NCBI GenBank assembly: GCA_963740635.1
Contig: CAVUEQ010000003.1
Coordinates: 161,350 to 225,349 of the forward strand
Origin: an uncultured bacterium
GTDB taxonomy: Bacteria > Patescibacteriota > Saccharimonadia > UBA4664
Direction: 5' to 3'
Length of the DNA: 64,000 nucleotides
The translations under genes and the position numbers were made by a program. Of this stretch, positions 32,057-41,865 are shown piece after piece. The notes beneath the pieces were generated by a model. It did no database searches, was not told the origin of the DNA, and saw only the letters and a program-made list of their open reading frames with translations. Each line of letters opens with the position of its first letter. Position 1 is the stretch's first letter.

Positions 32057-33723
32057 TCTGAGGCCAAATCCCGGCGATTGAAGGCCCAGGCGCCGAGCCC
32101 GGTGAGGGCAGTGCCGATGGCGATGAGCACCCAGGCTTGGGTCCACTTGATGTCGGCGGCCGGCGCGAAGGCGATGTGATTGAACACCGAGGTGTCGAGC
32201 AGCCAATGGTTGAGGTTGGTGCCGGAGCCGAGCAGCTCCACCAGGAACGACCAGGCGATGACGCCGTAGGCGACGATGGTGGTGAAGCGCGGCAGGAAGC
32301 CGAAGGCGAAGATGCCGGCGCCGAGCGTGAAGATGGCCGCCGGGATGGTGTTGAAGCCGGCCAGAAGCAGGTCGTGGATCGACACGACGTGGTCGGAACC
32401 CATACTGAGGTAGGTGATAGCGGCCGACAGGAAGGCGGCGATGGCTACCACGGACGCGATGAGGCCGATGCGGCCCCAGAGCCAGCGGGCACGGCTGACG
32501 GGCCGGACCAGGAAGTTATCGAGGAAGCCGTTGGATTCTTCCGAGCGCATGGCGCCGACGGCGCTGGCGACGTAGGCCATGAGCACGGTGATAAACATGA
32601 AGAACGCCAGCCCCAGGAAGGCTTTGATGCCGGCTGAGGGGGCGGCTTTGGCGACTTTGTCGAGGAAATTCTGGGCGCCGGAGGTGCCGAAGGCTTTGGC
32701 CGCGGTGTTGGTGATGCCGCCAAAGAAGGCCAGGAAAATGGCCAGGCCGGCGAGCCAGCTGATGGTGCTGCCGCGGGTGAAGCGGATGGCCGAGGTGAGC
32801 GGGCCGCGCAGCAGCAGGGTGCGGGGCTTGGCGGTGTCGCGGTCGGCGAAAGTGGCAGCGCCGAGGTCGCGGCGGCCGGCCAGCCAGATGGTGGCGGCGG
32901 CCAGGGCCAGCGTGAAGCCGGCGATGGGGATGAGCCAGAGGGGCCGCGTGACCAGCAATGGCTGCAGCTGCTCGACCCAGCCGAGCGGCGTAATGCCTAG
33001 CAGCCAATGCGCATCGGTGATGTCGCCGGCCGCTCGGATCAGGAAGGAGACGCCGAAGATGGCCGTGGCGAGGCCGGCAGCGCGGGCACGGGTGGGCATG
33101 ATTTGGCTGGCGAAGGCGCCCACGGCCATGAACATCACGGCCGGCGCTACCGCCGCCAGGGCAAAGTACAGCGCCGGGCCCACGGCGTAGCCCACGGTGT
33201 GAACCTGGCCGATGGCGATGAGCGCGGCGGCCGTGAGCACGTAGTACACCAGGAGGCTGGCGCTGAGGCCGAGCAGCGCATTGGCGGCGGCGCGGCGCTG
33301 AGTGGTGAGGCCCGCCAGCAGCAGCTCCCAGCGGCCGGCGGTTTCTTCGCCGCGGAAGGCGCGCGTGGCCACCAGGTAGGCCCAGATGCTGCCGAGGAAC
33401 ACGCCCATGGCATACCCGTACCACGAGGCGTAGCCCAGGATGGTGTCGACCTGGACGGGCGTGCCAAACAGGGCTTTGAAGCCCACATTATTTACGAGCA
33501 GGGCGGCGGCTACGGCCCGGTCGTGGGCCGTGGGGTAAACGTCGACGTAACCGAGAATCTTGGACGCCGCAAACACGCCGAAAGTGAGGGCAATGAAAGT
33601 GGCGCTGCGCAGGGTGCGCCGGGCTACAAACCGGGCGACGAGGGTGCGCGGCCAGCGAAAGCGCTTGAATGCCGGGGCTTGGGCCGTACCCAGGGCCGGG
33701 GTTGTGGCCGCGCTAGCGCTCAC
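32053..33723 (-). CDS. ABC-2 type exporter permease (12-TM)
   Basis: Highly hydrophobic 556-aa protein. Overlaps the ATPase stop. Confidence 0.8.
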   Translation of the reverse strand: MSASAATTPALGTAQAPAFKRFRWPRTLVARFVARRTLRSATFIALTFGVFAASKILGYVDVYPTAHDRAVAAALLVNNVGFKALFGTPVQVDTILGYASWYGYAMGVFLGSIWAYLVATRAFRGEETAGRWELLLAGLTTQRRAAANALLGLSASLLVYYVLTAAALIAIGQVHTVGYAVGPALYFALAAVAPAVMFMAVGAFASQIMPTRARAAGLATAIFGVSFLIRAAGDITDAHWLLGITPLGWVEQLQPLLVTRPLWLIPIAGFTLALAAATIWLAGRRDLGAATFADRDTAKPRTLLLRGPLTSAIRFTRGSTISWLAGLAIFLAFFGGITNTAAKAFGTSGAQNFLDKVAKAAPSAGIKAFLGLAFFMFITVLMAYVASAVGAMRSEESNGFLDNFLVRPVSRARWLWGRIGLIASVVAIAAFLSAAITYLSMGSDHVVSIHDLLLAGFNTIPAAIFTLGAGIFAFGFLPRFTTIVAYGVIAWSFLVELLGSGTNLNHWLLDTSVFNHIAFAPAADIKWTQAWVLIAIGTALTGLGAWAFNRRDLASE

Positions 33724-34649
33724 TTCTCACCCCGCATACCCGTCCCCGCCGCCTCCGGCTGCTTGGCTTCCGGCTCGCCGTATTGGGCCAGGAACAATTC
33801 TTCCAGCGAAGGTTCGCGGCTGATCAGGGTCTTGGGGTGGTGGGTCGCCAGCACCGCCAGCAGCGGATCGATGGGGCCCATTATCTGGCAGCTGAGGTGG
33901 TGGCCGTGCACCCGGACGTGGCTGACGCCGTGAATGTGCTCGACGTGGGGCGGCGGGCCGTCAAACGTGGCCTCGATGGTGAAGGCCGAGAGGTGGCGCA
34001 TTTCGGCCAGAGTGCCAAGCTCCACCAGCTCGCCCGCGCGCAGAATGCCGACGCGGTCACACAGCGCCTCCACCTCCTCGAGAATGTGCGAGCTGAGGAA
34101 GATAGTTTGCCCCGCGGCTTTGGCCTCGAGCACGGTCTGGCGAAAGGCCTGCTCCATGATGGGATCGAGGCCGGAGGTGGGCTCGTCCATGATGAGCAGG
34201 TCGGCGCGGGTCGAGAAGGCGGCGATAATGTTGATCTTCTGGCGGTTGCCCTTGGAGTAGGCCCGGACTTTCTTGGACGGCTCGAACTCGAAGCGCTTGA
34301 TCAGTTCATCGCGGTAGGCAGGGTCGATTTGGCCGTGGATTTGGCCGAGCAGGTGCAGGGTTTCGGCGCCGGTGAGATTGGGCCAGAACATGGCCTCGCC
34401 GGGGATGTAGGCCAGGCGCTGGTGGGCCTCAACTTTATGCGCCCAGGCGTCGATGCCGAAAATTTCGGTGGTCCCGCCGCTGGGCCGGATGAGCCCGAGC
34501 ATGGCGCGGATGGTGGTGGTTTTACCGGCGCCATTGGGCCCGAGGTAGCCCAGCACCTCCCCCTTTTTAACCTCCAGATCGAGCGGCGCCAGGGCCACAA
34601 ACGAGCCGTAGCGCTTGGTGAGGCCTTGGGTGCGAATAGCAACGTCCAT
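33720..34649 (-). CDS. ABC transporter ATP-binding protein
   Basis: GPNGAGKTT, YSKGNRQK, LIMDEPTSGLD. Confidence 0.95.
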   Translation of the reverse strand: MDVAIRTQGLTKRYGSFVALAPLDLEVKKGEVLGYLGPNGAGKTTTIRAMLGLIRPSGGTTEIFGIDAWAHKVEAHQRLAYIPGEAMFWPNLTGAETLHLLGQIHGQIDPAYRDELIKRFEFEPSKKVRAYSKGNRQKINIIAAFSTRADLLIMDEPTSGLDPIMEQAFRQTVLEAKAAGQTIFLSSHILEEVEALCDRVGILRAGELVELGTLAEMRHLSAFTIEATFDGPPPHVEHIHGVSHVRVHGHHLSCQIMGPIDPLLAVLATHHPKTLISREPSLEELFLAQYGEPEAKQPEAAGTGMRGEK

Positions 34650-34677
34650 GGGCTGTCTCCCTTCCGGTTATGATTTG

Positions 34678-34706
34678 ATTATATAACTTTCAGAAATGAT
34701 TGAAAG
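34678..34706 (-). promoter_or_regulatory. Promoter -10 plus a CTTTCA-N8-TGAAAG palindrome upstream of the ABC-MarR operon
   Basis: TATAAT (34678..34683) abuts the inverted repeat at 34687..34706. SD GGAAGGGA lies downstream. Confidence 0.45.
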
Positions 34707-34760
34707 ATGAATATTGACGCTGGACAACAAATTGGTCTGTTAAACTAGAGGGGTATTATT

Positions 34761-35843
34761 GTGGCGGTAGGTATGGTGACTTTGGCGCTCGCAACATGGC
34801 GGAGAGGGCTTGTGACTATACAGCGGGACGCGGTATGGAGTTACGCGGCCAAATTGTTGGTTGTGGCCCTGCTTTATGTGGTGGTGGCCAAGTTGTCGTT
34901 GTCTTTTGCCGTGACGACCAAACAGGTTTCGGCGGTCTGGCCGCCGACCGCGGTGGCGCTGGTGATTACCCTGCTGTTCGGATACCGGTATCTTCCGGGA
35001 ATTCTGCTGGGGGCCTTTACCGCCAACGCTATGACGTCGGAGCCGGCGCTGGTGGCGGCCGGCATCGGCATCGGCAACACGCTGGAGGCCGCTGTAGGCG
35101 CCTGGCTGCTGCTGCGGGTGGCTGGATTCCGGCTTGAATTTGAGCGGGCGCGGGACCTGGTGTGGTTTATGGCGGTCGTGGGGCTGGTGGCCACGCCGGT
35201 GAGTGCGACCATTGGCGTGCTGAGCCTGGCGCTCGGAGGGCTAGTGAACTGGGCAAGCTACTGGCCCGTATGGCAGACGTGGTGGGCCGGAGACGCGATG
35301 GGCGGCCTGATCGTGGGGCCGTTTTTGCTGGTCTGGGCCAGCCGGGCTTGCCGCCAAGTACTGCGCAGCCGGCCGTGGGAGGCAGTGTTGATTTTTGGAC
35401 TGACTGTGGCAGGCGGTTGGCTGTCATTTACGGTCAGCCTCAATCCCGCCTGGACGCTGCCGCTGGCGACCTACGTGATATTCCCCTTGTTGATTTGGGC
35501 GGCCTTCCGGTTTGACCGGGTGGGTGTGGCGACCGGCGTGATCGTGGTCGCGGAAACGGCGTTGCTGGCGACACTACGCGATCTGGGGCCGTTCGCGATG
35601 AACGGCCAGGGTGAACACAACCTGATTTTTCTGCAATCATTCGTGCTGGTGCTGTTTGGGACCATGATGTTTCTCGCGGTGACGGTGGCCAGACGCAACC
35701 GGGCCGAGCTGGAGTTGCGCCGGCTTACCACCGAGCTACGAGAGGCCAACCAGCGGGCCACGGACACTTTGGCCGAAGTGCTCGACCAGACAACGCCAAG
35801 GCGGTCGACCGCGCGCGTCCGCTCAGACACGGTGAAGGGCTGA
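34761..35843 (+). CDS. MASE1 membrane sensor domain protein without a catalytic output
   Basis: MASE1-like 8-TM region (AKLSLSFA...VSAVWPPTAVAL) followed only by a short coiled coil. Confidence 0.8.
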   Translation: MAVGMVTLALATWRRGLVTIQRDAVWSYAAKLLVVALLYVVVAKLSLSFAVTTKQVSAVWPPTAVALVITLLFGYRYLPGILLGAFTANAMTSEPALVAAGIGIGNTLEAAVGAWLLLRVAGFRLEFERARDLVWFMAVVGLVATPVSATIGVLSLALGGLVNWASYWPVWQTWWAGDAMGGLIVGPFLLVWASRACRQVLRSRPWEAVLIFGLTVAGGWLSFTVSLNPAWTLPLATYVIFPLLIWAAFRFDRVGVATGVIVVAETALLATLRDLGPFAMNGQGEHNLIFLQSFVLVLFGTMMFLAVTVARRNRAELELRRLTTELREANQRATDTLAEVLDQTTPRRSTARVRSDTVKG

Positions 35844-35942
35844 GGGGCAGCCGCGCTAAAATTTAGAACTTTCAATATAGCCGCCGGTGTGGAGGCGGTT
35901 TATCCTAAAGCGCAATAGGGGACTTTTAACGGAGGTTGTGGG

Positions 35943-36500
35943 ATGAGTGAGACGAAAATCGGCCAGGTGGAGCCTGTGACGCTGGCTTTGTTTGAAGGAG
36001 CGCTGGGGGCGGTGGTCGGCCTGGCGCTGGCGCTGATAGTGCTGTTTCAGGCGTCGGCGTTTGGGACATTGGTGACCGACAGTATTCTCGCGGGTTTGCT
36101 GCTGGGACTGGGCACCAGCGCGGTGATAATTATCGCGCTGCCAGTGGCGTACTTCGCGATCGGCTGGGTGCTCGGATATGCACACGGGCGGGTGTTTAAC
36201 TGGATAGCGCAAGGGCTGGGCGGCCTGGTGGTAAGCCGCGACCTCGGGCCGGTGACGCCGCTCGACGAGGCCGACATGCCGGTGGCCGACGAGGTGGTGG
36301 TGGGCGCCGAAGAGGCCGCGGCAACGCCTGCGCCCATGGCGCCGCAGAGCCGGGGGGCGGTGACATTTGGCGAACGGATTGGCGAGCACGAAGAGACCGG
36401 GGATCTGCCCGATAGCATGCCCGAAGGCATGAGCGAGCCGTGGCCGCGCCAGGACACCAGGCCCAGCGCCGGCTCGGGCCGCCGGATGCGCCGGCTGTAG
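35943..36500 (+). CDS. Membrane protein with an acidic C-terminal tail, hypothetical
   Basis: SD GGAGG. Three TM helices. Confidence 0.65.
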   Translation: MSETKIGQVEPVTLALFEGALGAVVGLALALIVLFQASAFGTLVTDSILAGLLLGLGTSAVIIIALPVAYFAIGWVLGYAHGRVFNWIAQGLGGLVVSRDLGPVTPLDEADMPVADEVVVGAEEAAATPAPMAPQSRGAVTFGERIGEHEETGDLPDSMPEGMSEPWPRQDTRPSAGSGRRMRRL

Positions 36501-36879
36501 CCGGCGCCTGGGGTGGCCGGCGCGACAATTCGGCTAACTTTCAGATGTTTCGTGGGCGCGGATGTGTAGACAAACTACATTTTCTTGGCTTTTTCCAGAT
36601 CTGCGTATATGCTGATCGATGAAGCATGAGGGGGATAAAATTTGGGTTTGCGGCTGAGTTGGGGCAGAATGCAGCTCCTGGGTTTGGCGGTGCTAGTGGT
36701 GGCATCGGGGGCAATGGCGGCCGCGACGGTCCACGGAATGGGCCGGGTTTCGCGCCGGCCTGCACCGGCGGCCGCACCCACCGCCAGCCCGGCCGTGCTG
36801 GCGGCCAGGGCGATACATTCGCCGGCGCCAACGGCCACGCCGGCGCCCGCTCCGGCGCCTCCCCCGCCGGTTCCACGGT

Positions 36880-37197
36880 TTGAGCGCCACCAGCGCCAAC
36901 GCCATCCTGATGGCGGCGGCCGGCTCCAAAGCGGCCGATATGCAGAACTGCGGCTACGGCCACACCGCTTGCGGGCGCGCTTTTGACTATTGGCTGCGCT
37001 CCGGCGGCTACGCCGGCCGGTGTGACGCCGAGAATATCGCGGAAGGCCAAAAATCGCCGCGGGAGGTGTTCGGGTCGTGGATGAATTCCCCGGGCCACCG
37101 CGCCAACATCCTAAATCCCAGCTACCGCGACGTGGGCGTGGCGGCCCTCGCGGGCGCGGGCGGCGAGCTGTGGGTGATGGAATTGGGCGGCTGCTAA
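36880..37197 (+). CDS. CAP/SCP (YkwD-like) domain; the signal peptide and linker are in another frame (36669..36880)
   Basis: ENIAEG...WMNSPGHRANILNP...DVGVA. The upstream frame encodes MQLLGLAVLVVASGAMA plus a Pro/Ala linker. Confidence 0.75.
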   Translation: MSATSANAILMAAAGSKAADMQNCGYGHTACGRAFDYWLRSGGYAGRCDAENIAEGQKSPREVFGSWMNSPGHRANILNPSYRDVGVAALAGAGGELWVMELGGC

Positions 37198-37256
37198 GTG
37201 GCTTCAAACCCGGCGCCGGTTGCACAGATAGGGCCGAAGCTGTAAAGTTTCGTTAA

Positions 37257-37754
37257 ATGGCAGATTGGGTCAACGAAGATCACATGAGGGTGGCGCTTCA
37301 GCAAGCTGAAACGTCAAAGATGCGGGGGGAGTTTCCGTTTGGGGCGGTGCTAGTGCAAGAAGGCCAGGTATTGGTGACCGCCGAAAACGGTGAGCACCGC
37401 AAGGCCGACGTGACCGCGCACGCCGAAATGATGGCCATCAGCGAGGCTTGCTGGAAGCTGGGGCGGCGGGACCTGAGCGATTGCATCATTTATTCTTCGG
37501 CCGAGCCCTGCCCGATGTGCTCGGCGGCCATCTTCCAGTCGAACATTCCACGGGTAGCATTTGGGCTGTACCGCGACGACCTGCCTCACCTGTTCCGGCG
37601 GCGCAAAATCCGCATCGCCCAGTTGGCCGACGATTGGGACTACAAGCCGGAGGTAGTGGGCGGCATACTGCGCGAGGAAGCCATTAAGGCTTTTGACGGC
37701 ATCGAGAAGCCGTGGAGGGTGGCCGGCGCGCACCACTCCGACGAGCACAAATGA
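37257..37754 (+). CDS. CMP/dCMP-type zinc deaminase (TadA/guanine deaminase-like)
   Basis: HAEMMAI ... EPCPMCSAAI. Confidence 0.9.
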   Translation: MADWVNEDHMRVALQQAETSKMRGEFPFGAVLVQEGQVLVTAENGEHRKADVTAHAEMMAISEACWKLGRRDLSDCIIYSSAEPCPMCSAAIFQSNIPRVAFGLYRDDLPHLFRRRKIRIAQLADDWDYKPEVVGGILREEAIKAFDGIEKPWRVAGAHHSDEHK

Positions 37755-38755
37755 TCGTAGTAATAATACTTGCGCTGCTGGTGCTATCGGCACTCTTTTC
37801 GGGACTGACCCTGGGCCTGATGAGCCTGGGTCCGCATGAACTCAAGCGCAAAATGGCGCTGGGTGACATGCGGGCCCGCCGGATTTATGCGGTGCGCAAA
37901 AACGGCAACCGGCTGCTGGTGACACTGCTGGTGGGAAACGTGGCGGCAATTTCGACTATGTCTTTAGTGCTCGACACCGTCTGGGGCGGCGTGGTGGCCG
38001 GCATTGCGACCACCTTCTTGATCACGGTTTTTGGCGAGATTTTGCCTCAAGCGGTATTTTCGAGGTACGCATTGGTGCTGGGGTCGCGCACGGCCTGGCT
38101 GGTGCGCGCGATTATGTTCATTTTGTACCCGGTGGCGGCGCCGATGGCCTGGGTTTTGGACAAAGTGCTGGGCGAGGAGCTGCCCACGATGTATTCGCGC
38201 AAGGAAATCATGGGAATCTTGCAGGAGCACGGCGGCAACACCCTCAAGCGCGACGAAGAGCGGATAGCCCGGGGCGCGCTGACGTTTGGCGACAAGACGA
38301 TCCGGCAGATAATGACGCCGCGGTCGATGGTGACGGCCATCGAGCAAGACCGGGTGCTAGACGGGAAAACCATGGAGGAGCTGCGGCTCACGGGCTACTC
38401 GCGGTTTCCGGTATACGACGAATCGCTCGACCACGTGACCGGCCTGCTCTACGCCCAGCAGCTGATTGACCCTGCGATGCGGGGCAAACTGGTAGAGAAG
38501 GTGAAGGCGGGCGAGGTGTTCTTCGTGAACGAAGACGCCAAGCTCGACCAGGCCCTGAATGCGTTTATTAAAACCAAGAACCACCTGTTTATGGTCGTGA
38601 ACCAGTTTTCCGAATTTGTGGGCGTGATCTCGATCGAGGACGTGATCGAGGAAATTCTGGGGGTCGAAATTGTGGACGAATTCGACAAGTATGCCAACGT
38701 GCGGGCGGTGGCCGAGAAGACCGGGTCGCCGGCCAAGCGGAGGAATGCTCTGTAG
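37751..38755 (+). CDS. CNNM/HlyC-CorC family protein (DUF21 + CBS pair)
   Basis: ATGA overlap with the deaminase. The N-terminal 4-TM DUF21 region is followed by CBS domains. Confidence 0.9.
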   Translation: MIVVIILALLVLSALFSGLTLGLMSLGPHELKRKMALGDMRARRIYAVRKNGNRLLVTLLVGNVAAISTMSLVLDTVWGGVVAGIATTFLITVFGEILPQAVFSRYALVLGSRTAWLVRAIMFILYPVAAPMAWVLDKVLGEELPTMYSRKEIMGILQEHGGNTLKRDEERIARGALTFGDKTIRQIMTPRSMVTAIEQDRVLDGKTMEELRLTGYSRFPVYDESLDHVTGLLYAQQLIDPAMRGKLVEKVKAGEVFFVNEDAKLDQALNAFIKTKNHLFMVVNQFSEFVGVISIEDVIEEILGVEIVDEFDKYANVRAVAEKTGSPAKRRNAL

Positions 38756-38819
38756 GTTTGGGCCGGCGGTGGCCCGTGAGGGTAAAAACAGCTATGCTTG
38801 AGGCAATAAGGAGCCACCG

Positions 38820-40571
38820 ATGAAGGACAGTGACCCACGGGAGGATGAGACCTCTAAGCCAGATGAATCTCGCGAACCTGAGACCCACAGCTACGACGAA
38901 ACTGAGTCGCCGGAGCCAGATCGGGATACCACGAAGGATGCCAAACCCGGCAAACTGAAGGCGGCCTGGCGGTGGGTGCGGGCCAAGCGATCGCGCACGA
39001 TTGTGGCTGCGGTGGCGGTGGTGCTGGTGGTGGCCGGCGTTGTGCTGGGCTTCACCAACCTCAAATACCCGCTGGCGGGCATCTTTTGGCGGACCACGCT
39101 CGACGTCACGGTCACCGACAGCAGCACCAACCAGCCGGTGCCCGGCGCGGCGGTGGAGTTTGGCGGAGCCGGCAGCACTACCGACAAATCCGGGCGGGCC
39201 AGCCTGACGATGGTTAAGCCGGGCCGGGCATCTCTGAGGGTGCGCAAATCCGGGTACAGCGATGCTGCGCAGCAGGCGCTGGCGCCGATACGGCGGGGAT
39301 CGCCTGTGGCTGTGAGCCTGCGGCCCAACGGCATCAAGGTGGTGACCACCGTTACCAACCTGATCACCGGCGGCAGCGTGCAGGGCGCCGAGGTCAAAAG
39401 CGGCGAGGCGTCGGCCATCACCAACCAGGCCGGCCGCGCCGAGCTGAGCCTGCCGGCGAACTCGGCCGGCGCCAAGGTAACGCTCAGCGTCACCCGCGAC
39501 GGCTTTAACCAATCGGATTTCAGCGCCGGCGTTAAAAGCGGCGCCGCGCCGGTGGCCATTAAGCTGACGCCGGAGGGCAAGGTTTACTTCCAGAGCAACC
39601 GCACCGGCCGCATCGATATCTACGGCAGCAACCTCGACGGCAGCGGCGCCGAGGTGGTGTTGGCCGGCACCGGCAGCGAGGATGAGGCCACCGGCATATT
39701 GCCGAACACCCGCGATCCGCACACGCTGGCGATAGTGTCGAGCCGGGACGGCCGCCGGGCGGGCGGCCTGCACCACGACCTGTTCCTGTTCAACACCGAG
39801 AGCAACAAGCTGACCAAGATCGAGCAGGATGTGGAATTTACTAATTACCGGGCCTGGATCGGCGGCACCTTGATTTACTCAAAATCAGTCAATATCCCGT
39901 CTTTCGGGTACTGCAACACCATTAAGTCATATGACCTGAACTCCGGGAAAACAACGGCGCTTATCGAGGGAGACGGATTTAACAACGGCTGCCCGACCGT
40001 GGCGCTGGCATTGAGCAACGGGTTTATTTATTCGGTGCGCGGGGCAACAGATGATGCCCGCAATGGTATTTTCCTGGCCAAGCTGAGCGGCGCACCCAAG
40101 CGGATCAGCGGTACGCCTTCAGACACCACGGTGAGGCGCGCCAGGCAAACGCTGCTGTCTGAGTATTACAATTACAACCCCGCCACCGGCAGCTCGTCAC
40201 TCTGGGACAGCATCGACCTCGGCAGCTTTGCGGTCACGCGGCTGCCCAACGGGCCCAGCATTGAGACCAGCCGGTACTACAACGATTCGCCGGGCGGCGA
40301 CCACAGTGAGTTTATCGAGGAGCGCGACGGCAAGAGCGAGCTGTACCTCACCGACGGCAACGGGGGCAACGAGAAAAAGCTCACGAGCCTGGGCTCGGTC
40401 AACCAATTCGTGCAATGGTACGGCGACGACTACATAGTATTTAGTTCGACCAAGACCGATGAAAATGCGCTGTACGTGATTGGGGCAGCCGGCGGCACGC
40501 CGGTGAAGGTCTCGGACTTCTACCGCGGCAACGCCCGTACCTACGGGGGTGGCGGGAACCCGTACAACTAA
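38820..40571 (+). CDS. Membrane-anchored protein with CarboxypepD_reg-like repeats and a TolB/PD40-like beta-propeller
   Basis: Acidic N-terminus, one TM, repeated V.V.D....P..GA.V modules, then GKVYFQSNRTGRIDIY. Confidence 0.75.
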   Translation: MKDSDPREDETSKPDESREPETHSYDETESPEPDRDTTKDAKPGKLKAAWRWVRAKRSRTIVAAVAVVLVVAGVVLGFTNLKYPLAGIFWRTTLDVTVTDSSTNQPVPGAAVEFGGAGSTTDKSGRASLTMVKPGRASLRVRKSGYSDAAQQALAPIRRGSPVAVSLRPNGIKVVTTVTNLITGGSVQGAEVKSGEASAITNQAGRAELSLPANSAGAKVTLSVTRDGFNQSDFSAGVKSGAAPVAIKLTPEGKVYFQSNRTGRIDIYGSNLDGSGAEVVLAGTGSEDEATGILPNTRDPHTLAIVSSRDGRRAGGLHHDLFLFNTESNKLTKIEQDVEFTNYRAWIGGTLIYSKSVNIPSFGYCNTIKSYDLNSGKTTALIEGDGFNNGCPTVALALSNGFIYSVRGATDDARNGIFLAKLSGAPKRISGTPSDTTVRRARQTLLSEYYNYNPATGSSSLWDSIDLGSFAVTRLPNGPSIETSRYYNDSPGGDHSEFIEERDGKSELYLTDGNGGNEKKLTSLGSVNQFVQWYGDDYIVFSSTKTDENALYVIGAAGGTPVKVSDFYRGNARTYGGGGNPYN

Positions 40572-41662
40572 TGGCCGGTACTGCCGGCCAGGGGGCTGAT
40601 TTGGACACGCAGCTTTTAGGGCTGTGCGAAGCCGCGATCCGCGAGCGAGTATTTCCGGGGTGCCAGGTGGGGTACATTCGCGCGGGAAAGCAGACTGTGT
40701 TGCCCGTCGGAAGTCTCACCTACGAGGCCGGCGCCCCGGCCGTGCGGGCCGACACGCGGTATGATGTGGCCTCCGTCACCAAATCCATTCCGACCGCGAC
40801 GCTACTTCTGAAGTTGATTGACCAAGGCAAAGCGGGCTTGGGCGATCAGATAATAAAGTATATTCCCGAGCTCAGTAATGCATACCGTGAGCAGATACTC
40901 GTGCGGCACTTGCTGACTTACACAGTGGTGTTCGATATTCCGAGTATTGCCGCCATGGCCAAGCAGGATCCGGATAATCTTCTGAAGAACCTGTTGGCCG
41001 CTCCCCTGCTGGCCCCGCCCGGCGAAAAATACTTTTACACCAACGCACCGGCGATTTTGATGGGGCTGGTGGTGGAGGACGTGACGGGGCGGCGCTTAGA
41101 TGAAGTGGCGCAGGATGATTTCTTTGGACCTCTTGGGATGACCCACACGGCTTTTGACGGCCGAAACCTGCCGTCGGAACAGGTGGCCCCATCCGAAATT
41201 GATGAACGGGGCGAGGTCCGGGGTGAGCCGCATGACGAAACGGCATGGGCGTTGCGCCGGCAAGGCATGACCAGTGGCCATGCCGGCCTATTTACTACAG
41301 CCGGCGACCTGCTGCAATTTTGCGATATGATAATCGCCGGCGGAAAGCACGATGGCATGCGGTACCTTAGGGAGGAAATGGTCGGGCAAATGCGGGCTAA
41401 TCAGATTCCCGAGCTGGATGCTCGAGCCGGGCTTGGCTGGGAGATTGAGCGCCCCGACGTGATGGGCCGGGCCCAGCGGCCGGGGCTGCTGATGAAGTCC
41501 GGGTTTACAGGCTGCTGGGTGGCAATTGGCCCGGACGTGGGCAACGCGCTGGTGCTGTTATCAAACCGGAACTACCCGAAGCGGCCACCGCGCGAGCCGT
41601 TCCAGGCGTTTATGAGGGGACTCAACGAAGAGTTTTTCGGCCTGCCTGCGGGCGCACATTAG
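40571..41662 (+). CDS. Serine hydrolase, beta-lactamase/PBP4* family
   Basis: SVTK (SxxK) motif and YTN. Start overlaps the upstream stop. Confidence 0.9.
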   Translation: MAGTAGQGADLDTQLLGLCEAAIRERVFPGCQVGYIRAGKQTVLPVGSLTYEAGAPAVRADTRYDVASVTKSIPTATLLLKLIDQGKAGLGDQIIKYIPELSNAYREQILVRHLLTYTVVFDIPSIAAMAKQDPDNLLKNLLAAPLLAPPGEKYFYTNAPAILMGLVVEDVTGRRLDEVAQDDFFGPLGMTHTAFDGRNLPSEQVAPSEIDERGEVRGEPHDETAWALRRQGMTSGHAGLFTTAGDLLQFCDMIIAGGKHDGMRYLREEMVGQMRANQIPELDARAGLGWEIERPDVMGRAQRPGLLMKSGFTGCWVAIGPDVGNALVLLSNRNYPKRPPREPFQAFMRGLNEEFFGLPAGAH

Positions 41663-41697
41663 ATGCGGTCTCAAATTATTTCGAGCATCCACATAGT

Positions 41698-41782
41698 GTG
41701 GGGAGTCTCAGATTGAGAGATAGGTTCAATTTTCGAGGCTATATTTGGGAGCAATGTCCCAAAATGGGACATATTACATTAA
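41698..41782. repeat. Copy B of the repeated palindrome-bearing element
   Basis: TGTGGGGAGTCTCAGATTGAGAGATAGG ... ATGTCCCAAAATGGGACAT (perfect 8-bp arms). Compare 10051..10160. Confidence 0.6.
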
Positions 41783-41865
41783 ATGAATATCCTCCAAAAG
41801 GATATCCGGCTCACTTCTTCTTACTAAGATGTATTCCCTTTTCAGTAATATTTTTTGGGGAATAC

